Of a stretch of 64,000 bases of DNA, positions 37,711-51,450 are shown piece after piece. The stretch lies in NCBI GenBank assembly GCA_028534125.1, contig CM052816.1, forward strand, positions 29,018,001 through 29,082,000. Reading direction: 5' to 3'. The notes beneath the pieces are model-generated. The model saw only the letters and a program-made list of their open reading frames with translations, was not told where the DNA came from and did not search any database. The stretch is from Lama glama (taxonomy: Eukaryota). The stretch's first letter is position 1, and every line of letters starts with the position of its first letter. Made by a program: the position numbers and the translations under genes.

Positions 37711-40235
37711 CATATTCATAATAATAATTATTATACACTTTTCTTTTACTCAATTTATTCTGCATGTACTCTGACTACTTTGATCTAGTATATGGGTGTG
37801 GTACATTGCTGGTCTATATACAATTCTTACCATTCATACTTCTGGAAAAATTAACCCATAACACACTATGATGCCTTTTTATATTCCAAAAGTATCTTGT
37901 AAACATTGGGAAAAAAACACATAAAGAATTTTCCCATCCTCTGTCTCTACTTCTATTCCTCAGACGTAACCAATATAATAAAGAGCTTGGTGTACATCCT
38001 TCCAAATATTTTTCTATGCTCTTCATTATCTCTAAATACCTTTTCTAGATTATGGTTTGTTCTACAAATAGGGAGCAACTTAGATTATGGGAATGTTAGA
38101 CTCTATGTGTTGGGCATAGTTTATATTTTCATGGCTTGACTTATTCTAATCTTCAGTCATTTTTTTCATCTCTTCACTGTGACATAGATAAAATAGTCGA
38201 ATTGACCATGAGAGGAAGTTGACTGGAACGGAGGAATGCAGAAAGGCTGGGAAAAAGTAAGACTACATGATATATATTTATACTATGGATACATATTATA
38301 AAGTGAGAGCCAAACTATAAAAGCCAGAACTTTTATAAATAGATGGTGTGCTTGTGAGAGGGACATAGTTCATAATCACTCCAACGCACATCATTAGACA
38401 TTTAATAAACACTCAACTGTTCTATTAGTACCAGGACAATGAACAGGAAGAAAACAGATCATCAAGGAGGAATCACTCCCACAAAATGAAATTACCAGCA
38501 TAAACTTGATTAAAAGATGAAATACTACAGCACAAATCTGCATAAAATCGATTATTATGTGACTTGGAAAATTCATTGTAAGAAAGCAAAATGGATGTTG
38601 AGTACTTGAATTGACAGTCAGTTGTCTGATTTCAAATGTCTCTGGCAAAAGAGACTGAACCCCAAGAACACCTTTTAAATATCTCAAGCTACAAATGCTT
38701 ATAGAACAAAGGCAACTTCAGAATATACCTTAATTTTAGCAAAGGGGGAAATTACATTTGAAGCTCACAATAGTTTTCATTTAAATGCATTCATTAAACA
38801 TGTATGAACTATACACACATTTGCTTTCAGTGAAATACGGTATCTATGAACTATTTTAATTAGTTACGTAACACAATGCTCATCCTACAGAAGTGAAATT
38901 AATCTTAGATTGAGCGTCTACTTTTCATTCTCTCCCTATAAGGTTTAGTTCAAATATGTGCCTTTATAAACTCTCGAACCTTGTGTTTCTGACTTAACTC
39001 AGGAAGAGAAATCTTTTGAGAAGATAGAGCAGCATTTCTTACAGTTAAAAATTTTTTTAAATATTAGATTCACATATAGTTTCATGAATTATGACAGTTA
39101 AAACAAATGATAGAAAAGCATTCTCAATGTCAGTAAGTCTTTTTTTTTTCAAGTTTTGATATACTGGTTGAACTAAGCAGTTTTAAAGTGGTATGAAATT
39201 GGAATTTTAACAAATCTAAGAGGTCCCTTTATGCTATACTTTAAGGCTGACCTCCCCAAACTTTGAAAGTTAGTAGGATGAACACAAATAGTATTAAATC
39301 TGTTAGTTTCAAAAAAAAAAAAAACAAGTGGTCTCCACAAAATCTCACACAGCCAGGTTTTTTTTTTTTTTCAAAAAACAGATTGATTATCCTTAAACAT
39401 GTATTATCTTTCAGCCCATTGGTATTCTATAATAAATTTAGGCATTGCTGCATTTAGTGAAATAAGTGATTTCTTAGTAATTGACAAGATCAAGGCCAAA
39501 ATATTTCATGTTTTGCTACTAAAAAGCAACCAAGATGAGAATCATTTATTGGCTATCCAGGATCATCTAAATAAAACAAAGAACACTAAATTTCAAAGCA
39601 CTGAATTTGCTCGGACACCAGGCGCTCTCCTGCCGTAAGAGTAGGATAAGATCTCCTACAATATCCATCCTTGCCTCTTGCCTTAGAATTGCCCCCAGAT
39701 TCCAGCTGTCCCTCTGATCCCCTGATCCACTGGGTACTGTTTGCCTTTGCTGTGCTATTTCCAAGACATGAAATGCAGTTGCTTTTTCTCCACTTTTTCT
39801 TACTGTGCTTGTTCTAAGTCTCAGCTCAAAGTTCCGTCTCCTCCAGGAGGGCTCCCACATTTCCTTCGTTGCCTCCTATCTCGGAGCATAGAGCTCATTC
39901 AGCACCTTGTCTATGAATCCACAGTGCTTTACTCATGGTGCTCTTCAAGCACACCAAGGATTTCTTTGCACAAAGACCCACAATAAAATATTTTTGACCC
40001 TTTCAAATGAGGGGAATAAAGACTGGTCATGACATAGTCACCAGTTTATCTGCTTTGAGTTGCACACAATTTGAACAGAGTTGGGTTATGGATTGGACAG
40101 GTCAATGGCAGAGGAAGGAGAAGACAACTAGCAATTCTTCAACATGAACTTTGTGCCAGGATATAACCTAGCTAATTTTATATCTATTAAGAACTGTAAT
40201 TCTAAAAATAACCCTGTATATTAGGTGTCTTTATA

Positions 40236-40509
40236 CAGCTGACCCTCAAACAACCAGGGACGGGGGTTGGGGGGGTTGGGGCATCCTCCCTCCGCATAGT
40301 GGAAAATACCCCTATAATTTAAAGTAGCCCCATATACACAGGAGCCTTCGTACACACAGGTTCCTCCATATCTGCTGGTTCCTTCTTATCCGCCAGATCC
40401 TCATCTGCGAATTCAACCAACCACGGGTGGTACTATATTTACTACTGAAATAAATCTACCTATAAGTGGACCCTGGCAGTTCAAACCCGTGTTGTTTAAG
40501 GGTCAACTG
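40236..40509. mobile_element. Tigger2-derived MITE inserted in a MIR
   Basis: Terminal inverted repeats cagctgaccctcaaacaac / gttgtttaagggtcaactg; TA on the left; MIR halves on both sides. Confidence 0.85.
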
Positions 40510-40619
40510 GGCACCATTTTCTTAGTAGAAAATTGGAACTCAGAGAGACACTTGCTTTGCCTACCCCAGTGGTAAATCTGAGTTGCTAATCAAAGCATAA
40601 ATCAGTTGACTCAAGGCTG

Positions 40620-40850
40620 ATAGGCAGTATGGTACAGTAGCTAAATGCATCTGAAATTTCGAAAGCAGACAAATTTAGGCTTGAATCCCTATTCTGCCAA
40701 TTATGAGCCAAGAAACTTTAGACGAGATCTATATCTCACTCAGCCTCAGCTGCTCCAGGTGCACTATGGGGACAATAGCGATACCAACCTCTCAGGGGTT
40801 CCGTGTAGGGTGTCAGATTCCCATGAGATGAATGGCACTAGTAATGTAGT
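40620..40850 (+). mobile_element. MIR SINE
   Basis: 'ggcttgaatccctattctgccaattatgag...cagcctcagc'. Confidence 0.65.
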
Positions 40851-41225
40851 GTCAAGTCCATCTTCTTGAAATTATACTATTTCCTTCTTGTAAAACTTCT
40901 TCAAAGGAGAAGTTGCAGTTCTAAAGTGTGATTTACTGTTTATGTATGTGGGGTTTTAAAGGATTGTGGTCTATAATGTTATAGACAACAGGGGTTCTTT
41001 CTTACTAATTCTTGCCCCATAACCTCCTTCTCATTTCTTAAGCCAGATGTAAAAAGTTCTCCCTGGATTAAAAATAAGATTGGTGAAAGCAGGATGCAAA
41101 ATGTATACTCCTTAGAAGAGGGGACGGATTTATTTGAACTGACTTTATGGGGTTTCTTTTAAGCTTTAATTTCAAGTAGTGTTAGTCCTTTGCTCCTCTC
41201 AAGTCCAGAAGTTCACACGTCAAGA

Positions 41226-41243
41226 ACTACATTTCCCATAGGC
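41226..41243 (+). promoter_or_regulatory. ZNF143/THAP11-type motif ACTACATTTCCCA
   Basis: Match to ACTACAnnTCCCA, flanked by CRE half-site acgtca and ETS-like caggaag. Function untested. Confidence 0.4.
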
Positions 41244-41619
41244 AAGTTGAAACAGGAAGCAACCCAGTAAAGAGTAGCTGGGCTCCAAATACAGTTACCT
41301 CACACTTGTCTCCAATGTCTAGGATAGTAAAGAAGAAGGCACATCAGAGGCTGCCACCCTGACACAGGATCCATGGAGCACCAAGGAAACAACAAAGTTT
41401 AATCCAAGGGATGAAAATGTGCTCACGCCACCAATGCAAAGCCATGAGACACTCATTTTGAAGCCTGGCTGTTACTGAGAAGTCCCAAATGATGCCCTTC
41501 CATCAGCTCCTCACTCTGACTGACTTCAGGAAAACCCTCTTCTGCTCCCCAGCTTCCCTAACTTCTTCAATTTCACAAAGATTTTATGGGTAATAATGAG
41601 ACTGCCTAGGTTATGTTTC

Positions 41620-41692
41620 AGGTTTCTTTTTCCTTTGTTTTATATTGAAGTGTAGTTGATGTACAATGTTAGTTTCAGGTTAGGTTTCTTTT
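41620..41692 (-). mobile_element. Extremely truncated L1 3' end (51 bp) with 11-bp TSD
   Basis: TSD aggtttctttt (41620-41630 / 41682-41692) flanks 'tattgaagtgtagttgatgtacaatgttagtttcaggt'. Confidence 0.7.
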
Positions 41693-41707
41693 GTATTCCT
41701 TTAGTAT

Positions 41708-42010
41708 TGTTAAAAAATAAATTGAGGCATATTAAATTTTAAGAAAATTTGGTTAGTGCCAAACTAGTAGCAATTCAGAGCAAACAGAAACAAGGAGAAA
41801 ACTTTCACAGAGAAAAAGTGGAAGCAAAGTTAGGAAATTATGGAATGGCTATAGCTTAATACCTAGTTGGCTATTTGTGACTGTTTGTCTTTAGGCTTGG
41901 ATTTCATAACCCTGAGGCAACTGCAGGTTTAAATTTTGCTTTGTTCAGGTAGGTGCCAGGGCATTAGAGACACCTCAGTCTAAAGCTTTCCTTGTTTAAT
42001 TATTTTAACA
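41708..42010 (-). mobile_element. Probable short ERV1-like solo LTR
   Basis: Inverted termini tgttaaaa...ttttaaca, ~300 bp, LTR-like content. TSD not clean; strand tentative. Confidence 0.55.
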
Positions 42011-42189
42011 TATTTAAAATATGTTTGCATTTTCTAGTCATATTAGATGAGACCCAAATTAATTTTAACAAAATAAAAATTTACAATCAGGTTAAATTAA
42101 AAACAAGAATTACTTCCAAGAAATAGGAAAAAAATGTGCCATCCAGAGGGAAGTACATAATAAAGAAAGACTGAACTTAAAATGTCTTG

Positions 42190-42770
42190 GCTTTTTCATT
42201 TTTTAAAATAATTTTTATATAATTTTTAAAGGTTATTTTTCCATTTACAGTTATTACAAAATATTGGCTACATTCCCTTGTACAATACATCCTTGAGCCT
42301 ATCTTATATCCAATAGTTTGTACCTCTCACTCCCAATCCCTATATTGCCTTATCCCCTCACTTCTCCCCACTGATAACTAGTTTGTTCTCTGTACCTGTG
42401 AGTCTGTTTCTTTTTTGTTCACTAGTTTGTTCTATTTTTTAGATTCCACATGTAAGTGATATTATACAGTATTTGTCTTTTTCTGTCTGACCTATTTCAT
42501 TTAGCATAATGTCCTCCAAGTACATCCATGTTGCTGTAAATGGCAACATTCCATTCATTTTTATGACTGAGTAGTATTCCATTGTGTATATATACACTAC
42601 ATCTTTATCTATTTATCTGCTGATGGACACTTAGATTTCTTCTCTCTCTTGATATTTACATATAATACTGCTATGAGCACTGGGGTGCATGTATCTTTTC
42701 AAATTAGTGGAGGGATTATTTTTGGGTGCATACCCAGGAGTGAAATTGCTAGGTCATATAGTAGTTCTGC
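42190..42770 (-). mobile_element. Cetartiodactyl L1 3' end
   Basis: 'ttttagattccacatgtaagtgatattatacagtatttgtc', 'ggggtgcatgtatcttttcaaattag'. Confidence 0.9.
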
Positions 42771-43464
42771 ATGTTCTATAGTTTCTTTATAATATTAAAA
42801 GAAATATTTTTATGGAGAAGATAGTCAGTTGGATTTGTTCACTTTTTTATCTATTTAATCATGGTCAGAATCTCCCTTTCACTGTCCACTCTTAAGTATT
42901 CAGTTTTCCAAGCTCCATCTGAAACATAAAACATGATCAGGCTAGTACCTTTCCCCTACAATTTATCCAAGTTTTAAGTTATTCAACAACTGTCATATTA
43001 ATTATGTCTATCTGTTAAACTACTCCCACAAATCCTATAGATAGTCTTTGAAGTGAAGCATTCATTTTATATTTATTTATATTTCATTATCTTCTGGAAC
43101 ATTTTATTAAGAAAAGCAATCATAAGGTTTGACTTATACGATAAATCACCTTATATTCACAGTCCTTCCTTTATGCTTGCTTAGTCACACTCATCTTCAT
43201 AATGTTATATGTTGGAGAAGAGGAACATTGCTGCTTATCCAGTTTGCCAATATTCTGCTACCTTTGCTACATTTTACTCTCATTTGAAGCTACAGCTAGG
43301 TTAATAAATTTAACTTTTAAAATGTTATTGTTTAGTTATTTACAGCATAGAATTAAATTATAGAGAAATGTAAAGAGACCAGTTGAGTCTATTTTTGGAG
43401 TATTTTAGACACATGGTACTTCTTGTATGGCAGTTCTTTAATGGCAGAAGTGGCAAAAAATTTA

Positions 43465-43580
43465 TGTGTATATAATACACATTTACATTATATATTATAT
43501 ATAACATATATATGTGCGTATATGTGTGTATACATATATATAAGTGTACTTATTTGTATATATTTATGTCTGTATGCATT
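43465..43580. repeat. Degenerate (TA/TG)n low-complexity tract
   Basis: tatatatgtgcgtatatgtgtgtatacatatata... Confidence 0.8.
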
Positions 43581-43629
43581 TAGGTGCTTAAATTAAGGTT
43601 ACCTGAAGTGAAAAGATATGAGACCTTTC

Positions 43630-44800
43630 ACTCATTTAATCAGTATTCACTTAACTGCTACAGCTTGCCAAGCATTGTTCCAAGCTCCCAGCAGACAGGT
43701 TACAGAGTTGAAGAAGGAGCAGCACCATGACACAGATATGCACAGGATACTTGGGGAAACAAATTTTTAGCCTAATTCTTTTAAAATTCTTATAGCAAAA
43801 GGAGTAAGAGAAATTTTCCAAGGCTCTCAAACTGAGATTTAAAGTTTAAGTAAGAGCTAGACAAAAAAGTCTAGGAAAGACACTTATGGTAAGGAAGTAT
43901 AAAAGTGTCCATTGTTTTTAATCTCAAAGTTGTCAATGGTAATTTGGCAAAATCAAGAATGCAGGCAGAAATCAGAATGCAGGAAAGTGTGTGAACAGTG
44001 AGGAAGAGGGGACAATCAAATAAAGACAACTGCTATCAGAAGCTTGGATAGAAAAAGACAGACAATGAAGATTAAAAGTATGAGAAGTTTTGTGTTTTTC
44101 TGTTGAAGATGTGTATTACTTGGATGTTGTTCTATGCTGAGATGAAAGAACCAGTAGAGAAACAAAGGTTAAAGAGATTGTTAATTGATAAAGGTCCCAA
44201 GGATTAAAAAAAAAAAAAGAATAGAAGGGGATTGAATAATTTGCTTTAAAGGAAAAGGAATAGTCCTCTTCAGCATTTGGAGAGAAGACAAAGGAGTAAC
44301 TGTAAATAAATAAACTTAATCACATAAAGAAAGAAAGTTAAGGAACACAAGAGATCATTTTTTCATTTTAAGAAGAGGCAGAGTTGTCTCCTAAGACAGA
44401 AGGGAGATTGGGTGTTTAAGGAGTGTTGTGACAAGGAACAGACAAGAAACCTGAAGGATGAAAGACTGTCAGCTAGCACTAGGGTCCCAAAGAAACTGAG
44501 GTAGTAAACCATGAATTCACAGGGACACTAACTTTCATATTTGGGTGATTTCCTCAAGCTAATTTACAGCTCAGCACATGATCAATAGGGTGGATGCTCT
44601 GAAAAAATTGAGGAGTTTAATGTTAAGGCTACAGTAATATAATGGTTGAGTTCATCAAGGAGACATGGATTGATGGAAAATAAGTAAAGTCATGAAGAAA
44701 TGATGGCTCCAAAGAACAGGTCCAACACTGGAGATCTTGATGAGGTTGGTGTAGAGCTGAAATGACAGAAGTTCATGATGAAAGTCTGGTGTGTTGGAAG
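43630..44800 (-). mobile_element. Highly degenerate L2 fragments
   Basis: Reverse L2 tail 'tcactcatttaatcagtattcac' followed by purine-rich L2-like sequence. Confidence 0.5.
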
Positions 44801-44826
44801 AGACTTCAGTGGTGATAGGATATGAG

Positions 44827-45209
44827 TGTTATGGGCTGTTTTGTGTTTGTATGTTGAAGTCATAGCCTCTAAGATTTTAAAATGTCACTATATTTTGAAA
44901 TTAAGTTCTTCAAAGAGATAATTAAGTTAAAATGAGGGCACAGGTGGGGGGTTGGCTAATGTAATATGACTGCCATCCTTATAAGAAAAGTAGATTAGGA
45001 CACAGACATGCACAGAGGAAGACCATGTGAAGACAGAGGGAGAAGACTGCCATTTACAAGCCAAGGAGAAGAGGCCTCAAAAGACATCAACCCTGCCAAC
45101 ACCTTGATTTTGGACTTCCTGACTCCAGAGCTGTAAGAAAATTAATTTCTGCTGTCGAAGCAACCCAGCCTGTGGCACTTTGTTATGGCCACCCCAGCAG
45201 ACTATAACA
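44827..45209 (+). mobile_element. MaLR solo LTR (MLT1B-like)
   Basis: TG...CA termini; 5-bp TSD atgag (44822-44826 / 45210-45214); 'ccctgccaacaccttgattttggacttc'. Confidence 0.9.
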
Positions 45210-46775
45210 ATGAGTAACAGGAATTCCCAAAGCAGTGATGAGGAATTTATCCAAAAAGACCCTCCATATCTCCTGCCTCCACAAGCAAGATGAGAGACAT
45301 CTGCAAAAGCTGACATGGGATAAAAAGGGGTGCATCAGCTGGACATTCTACTCATTAACGTAGTGTAAAAATGTATTTTCAGCTAAATATATGCAAATCA
45401 AATGTGTTAATAAAACTTTGGGCTTGCATGCTATTTTTTGTTTATATATCCACCTTGGTTATAAGTCTGGAAGCTCCTTGAGAGCAAGGATTAGGTATTA
45501 CTATCTTAACATTTCTGATGTCTTCAAAGTGCCTGCACATAGGAATTATCTGCAAAAGTTAAAGTTAAACTAAAAGATACACTGCTTGGAATATAAAAGA
45601 CAGTGTGGTGTATTTTGTAATACAATCCCAGAAAAAAACACATGCAATAATACATGATAAAGAATTTATACATATAAAGCTTATTATCTAAGTTCCTTTT
45701 GGCAGCAGGTATAGGCAACAGAGGCTGTAAATATATAATTTGATATTGTAAATTACAATCAAAGAAAATTTAAAAGATAAGTTGGCTATCATAATCACAA
45801 AGGCAATGTATGTATTTCTTCATTCCTTTTAATGGCAAAGAGAATAAGAGAGATGGAATGATGAAGTGGTACTTTCATTGTTGGCATGTTTCTAGGCACC
45901 TTGGATAATATGCCAAAGTAACAAGGGGCAGATGCTATTAAAGATACACAGCATAAAATCACAGCAGAACTGGTCATTTTCTAGAGTGCTTGGAGACCAC
46001 ATAACTTTCTGAAAGATCACATACAATACTTTCAATCTCAAAATTTATAGCCAAAAAGTCCTTGATCATATTAGCTCCATTGCTTTTTGTCTGTGTTTCA
46101 CTGTAATCATGATGGATTTTCTTAAGATATACCTTTCATGTTCAGGTACAAATAACATAAGATATGATGAATGCTTGGCACTAAATTGGATTTTTTTTCA
46201 TACGCAGGAAAACACTCATAAGGCAGACAGCAGCCACATTAACATTCACAAGAGAGTGGCTTTTTCAAGGAATCAGCATACAGTAAAATACTGAAAATCT
46301 AGTGCAGTGTCAAGTTCATACAGGCGAATGAGAAAGTAGCTGTCTCAGCCAAAGTCTCATGGCTTTAAAAGTGTACTGCTGCTGTCTGTGATGCAGTCTG
46401 AAAGTTACTGCTGTAGAGGGGAGCTATGAACACTAGATGAGAGGGAGGACCCCTGGACACCCCGAGTCTCACTCTGAAACACTCATTTAATGTCTAATCC
46501 CTGTATTTACAGTAAAGGTGCCCACAACAAACTGTCTGCTTCCTGGTAATTTTATCAAACCACTGAACTAATCAAAACAAGAACACATACAACTTTAGGG
46601 TGCTTTTCCTTCCTAGACTTGATTCAAACCTAAAAATAGGAAGAATCAATAAAATTATTTTGGAAATGGAATTTGCAGAAATTTTTATATGATCATGGGA
46701 TTTCAGCATTAGAAAATATTTTAAAAGACACTTAGATCCTACCCACATCCAAAGGTCAAACAAATCCCCTGACAT

Positions 46776-46965
46776 CAGGGATTCTCAAACTTTTGAGTTG
46801 TCTCAGAATTACCTAGAGGGTCTGTCAAAACACTGATTGCTTGGCCCTCCCCTCAGAGTCTTTGATCCAGTTAAGTCTGAAATGGGACTGGAGGATTTGC
46901 ATTTCAAGTAAGTTCCCAGATGACAGTGAAGGCACTGGTCTGGGGATCACACCTGGAGAACTTTA
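46776..46965. mobile_element. MER5A-like hAT-Charlie MITE
   Basis: 'cagggattctcaaactt...atttgcatttcaagtaagttcccagatga...gagaac'. Confidence 0.8.
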
Positions 46966-47693
46966 CGACTTTGAGCCTTTGTCTGATCATCTTTAGTGGT
47001 GAAGAATCACTAACTCAGTTCAACAAATAGCAATCAAGGTCTGCTCTATGATCGGCATTGTGCTGCAGTGTACAAACAATAGAAAGCAGTTACTGATCTC
47101 GAAGAGCCTTAGTTTAGTGGGAGAAACAAACAGAGGATTTCAATCTAATATATTAAATAACACAAACATAGACACAGGGTGTTATGAGAGTAAAAGGAGG
47201 GTTCAGGGATGCCTTCCTGGAAGGCATGTCACACGAACAGCAGGGGGGAAGGCACAGAAACGGGACATAGCTAGGTATGCCAAATGTAGGCAACAGAGGT
47301 TATAAACTTACAATTCTGTATTACAAATTATAATTTTAAAAATTTTTAATTAGTTGGCTACTGTAAACATAAAGGATCTATATGCATTTCCTTAATTCTT
47401 GTTAATAGTACTTAAGAAATCAAATACGACAGGTCCTACCTATCTCCATTAATTCTACATATGATTAAATATTTCATTAGAAAAATCATCTGTTTATGAG
47501 AATAAATTTACCATGTTTACAGAGCACTTACTGTAAGAATGTCCCAAAGTCCCAGAAAATTCCTTTCCACTTAAGGGGACATGAATATTGTTTTTATGTT
47601 GCTTTCCCAAAGTGAGGCAAAAGCATTTCATCTTGTTTTTAAATGAAAACAAAAAGAAAGGTGCCTTCCCAGAGGCACTTTCAATACAACATA

Positions 47694-47885
47694 GAGTTGA
47701 CCCTTGAATGAGAAGAGGGTTAATCTGAGTATAATTTATAGTTGGCCCTTGGTACCCATGGTTCCTCCGCATCCACTGAGCCAGGCAACCAGGGATTGCT
47801 TAGAACTGTAGTACATACTATTGAAAAATATCCACATATAAGTGGGCCTAGGCAGTTCAAACCTCTGTTGTTCAAGGGTCAACTG
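47694..47885. mobile_element. Tigger2-derived MITE
   Basis: TIRs agttgacccttgaa / ttcaagggtcaact; TA at left, TG at right. Confidence 0.85.
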
Positions 47886-48229
47886 TGATTATACTTGAGT
47901 CAGCCCACAGGGGCCCTTAGAAGTCAAGTAATAAGGGGTCACGTATCCTCTTTGTGAAAGCTTTTAGGAGGGAAGTAGGCCTCAGAGCCTCACCATCCTC
48001 ATCACTTCCATCAGGCTTCCTCCTGCCCTGCTGGAACCCCAGGGGAGGGCAAAAGGGCCTCTTCATCCATGAATTTCAGCGCCACAGTGGAATGTGTTGT
48101 GACAGAGCATGATAAAAGAGCAGAGAACTATTAAACGACTAAGATGTTCTCCAGGCCTGAGGGAAGCCAGCAGTCAGCCCAGTTCATACTCAAATTCAGC
48201 ATGCTGGTGTGACAAGGGGAGAGCTTGTA

Positions 48230-48520
48230 AAGCATGCACAATGTTGAGTCAAAGACTCTAGATACCACTGCACTTATACCAAGATCAAAAATAAGCATAA
48301 CTAAACTATAGAGATAAATATCAGAATAATAGGTTACCTCTGGGGAGGAAAAAAGGATCGTGACTGAGAGGGGGCAGAAGGATGCTTCTGGGGTGTGGCA
48401 GCATTCTATTCCTTCACATGAGTGGTGGCTCCATGAGTATTACATTCTGACGACTCATTGAGCTGCAAATGTGCTTTGTATACTTCTATGTGTGGGTTGT
48501 ACTTCATAATAAAAGAGCTT
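48230..48520 (+). mobile_element. L1ME/MB 3' end
   Basis: 'tcagaataataggttacctctgggg...gtacttcataataaaa'. Confidence 0.7.
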
Positions 48521-49913
48521 TAAGAAAACAAAACCAACTTATGGAAACTTCCCTTCCTCTTACTTAGTCAGAAGCTTTGCTCCTAAATAAATCAACTCAC
48601 ATAAACATGGGCCACAGTGCATCTTTATTTGGGGTAAATTGTCTGTTTTCCAAGTGAAACAGAAAGCTGTTGTTTCCATTCAGATAAGAAGAGATAATTA
48701 GGGACAGAATTGAAGCAGAGAGGTGGGAATAGTGAAACAGGATAAATTCAAAGAATTCACAGAATAGCCCTAACAGGACTTAGTAACTAATTAAAAAGTG
48801 GTCAGGGTAAATGTTCCAAATAACTCCAAAATTTCAGACTCGAGTGGCCATGTGCTCAGTGATGCTTTTGACCAATAGAGATAATCTGGGACGCCTGTTT
48901 TCCTTTCTAGGCCGTATTACCTGCTAAGCTAGAAATGTGCATAAGGTTAAATATCTGCTTTTTCAAGGAAAGATTCCATCTTGCTGTGTTCCTGCCTTAG
49001 TTGAAAAACACAAATTGACTGTCATCCAGGCAGAACTTATTAATGCTTTAGCAATGGCTAAGAAGTGCTTAAAGAAATTTTGCTTTCTTTTGTTTTTCAT
49101 TTTCACGTTTTTCAAAGCGATGTGCTCACAGGAAGATATGAGACTAATTTAAACATGAAACTAAGGTAAACCAGATCAGACCTGGCCGTTAATTGAATAA
49201 GGAAAAGAAAAGGAGGCAGTTAACAAACAGTGGCACTGAAATTGGATGTGCAGTCTTTCTCCTTAAAAATAATGTCCTGCCTGATGCCTGAAGTTTTATT
49301 ATTAGATATCCATTTATGCTCAAGAATTTTCTTCTCCCTGATATTTTCTTTTAAAGTTCAAATTTTTATGGAAGTGAAGTGATGAATCTATCATGTGACT
49401 TTTACCTTTCATGGGCAAACTGGAACAAACATATACAAACTTTTATGAAAATAAAAATTAATTTAAATATTATATTTAGCATAATGCAAGGGATATGGCA
49501 AGTGCTAACTATCATCTCTAGCACAGAGGTCAAAAAGTAGCAATCACAACGATTTCCTAAGTTTGAACTCCTTAAATTCATTGCCAGAATTGTTTGCATG
49601 ACTTCTTCCTCTGGAGAAGTTGAAAAGAGTAAGCAACTGCTATGCTTATGAGATCAATATCCAAGCAATCTCAGAAGTTGGGAACACCAATCATTTGTTC
49701 TAAGCTCCCACTCACAAAAATATGCAGTAAACCCTTAGCTAATTAGAAATAACTATTGAGAAGTCACATTAGGCTGACATAAAGATAACAGCTAAATAAA
49801 CACCAAACTAGTTTGTACCCTGGCAAACTGAAATATATTGACAAAATCTCTACAGGGATCTTTGATCTGACAGAGACAGACTAAATTATACACCAAAATT
49901 TTGAAGATTAAAG

Positions 49914-50087
49914 CAATGGTTCTAAAACTGCTACACATTAAAGTTACCCGGGGAGCTTTTCAAAATCCCAATGCCGAGTAACAGCTAATACCAATTAAGT
50001 CAGAATGTCTGGGGGTGGAAACTGGGCATCAATATTTTTTAAGACACTCAGTTGATTTCAATGTAGAGCAAAATGTGGGAGCCGCTG
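49914..50087. mobile_element. MER5-like hAT MITE
   Basis: 'caatggttctaaaactg...ccaattaagtcagaatgtctgggggtgg...gccgctg'. Confidence 0.75.
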
Positions 50088-51417
50088 GTGTAAGGTACGT
50101 TTTATATCCAATGCAACTGTTTAAAAAGCATTAGAAGATGTTCATTAAAAGTTTAATTTGGAAAGGCAATGGGAATAATACTTTGAGCCCTTTCTCCCAC
50201 TAATCCAGGACCACCATCCTCCTCAGCCCATTTCCTTGACAATCCAATGTTACCTGGCTGTTGGGAGGAGAAGAGAAGTGAGGAAGATCTAAAAAACATC
50301 AGAGAATTTGCAGTCATTCAGCATTAGGAGACTCAGGTGTTGCAACACTCTGGATGAATACTGGTACCATCTCCTCTTGTCTCTGATCAAGGTCAAAATA
50401 AGAGGCTCTCAGGCACCAATGGCTGCCTACAAGCACAACCTAGACCCCAAGCTCCAGAAGAGACATAATGAACAGTACAAGGAGCATGCCTTCCTTCTTG
50501 CTGCATCTCAAGGGTCTAGCTCCCCCTTCAGTCAATCACTGTCTCAGGATCAAGAGCCCCTCTTCAGACTTCTGCTGTCTTCATTGTACCATAAAAGCCT
50601 TTATTTTTGTTCTCCTTAACAGCTAATGGGGACTTCTAAGAAGATGCAGAGTGAGATTCCAGTTTTTTCATTTCTGAAACCCTTTTCTTAGCTAAATATG
50701 GTTAACTCCTACGACAACAGCACGTATAAAACTGGATGTTACACAGTGAAATGCATATGTCTCTGTCTCTGAAATATGTTCACCCTCTTCTGACCTTTAA
50801 AATAAAACTTTACTTATAGGATCTGAGGATATCCCATGTATCTATTCTAGGTTGTATCCACGATTTAAGCAAAATAACTCTACCCTCAAGAAGCAGATCC
50901 TGGTAGAAGAGCTGATGAGAAAACATTAAGCATCCATGTCTTTAAGCAAAGATAAATAATACATACTATGCTACACAGAAACAAGTGAAGAAAATAAAGC
51001 AACCCATATTTTCAATACTTTAAAAATGCTACAGCTACCACTGACTAGGAGTAATACTCCATTTCTATTGCTTACTGGAAGAAGTGCATAGATAGTATAT
51101 ATGCAGTATGATTAATAAAATTTTCTCTTTGGAGTTGGCTGATAAAAACATATCACTGCAGACCAAACTAACCAATACTCACATACGTGACTTATGTAAA
51201 GTTTCTGTTCTGATCCCAGCTTTATACCTAATTACAGGAGATTCTTTTGAATGTCCTCAAATATAAAATAATAATGGTTATTACCCCTAACCTTAAGTCT
51301 GAAAATTTTAGGTGGATTTTAGTTACTTCGGTAACTTACAAAGTCAAACTTAAAACTGTTCTAGAATCATGTGGAGATCAAGTCTATGGAACTGACGTTT
51401 TAACATTTAAAACTTAC

Positions 51418-51450
51418 TTGGCCTTTTGATGTTTCTATTTTTTTCTCAGG
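51418..51450 (-). other. Candidate small exon (33 bp)
   Basis: Acceptor tattttgagccattttag|C, donor CAA|gtaagt. Phase 0 is open (PEKKIETSKGQ). Confidence 0.3.

Noticed and set aside
16772..46629. Additional minus-strand mini-exon candidates (~16772-16814, ~26753-26799, ~26928-26946, 36321-36380, ~46591-46629)
   Set aside because: They have weaker donors or are very short, allow several alternative phase chains, and cannot be told from pseudo-exons without data.
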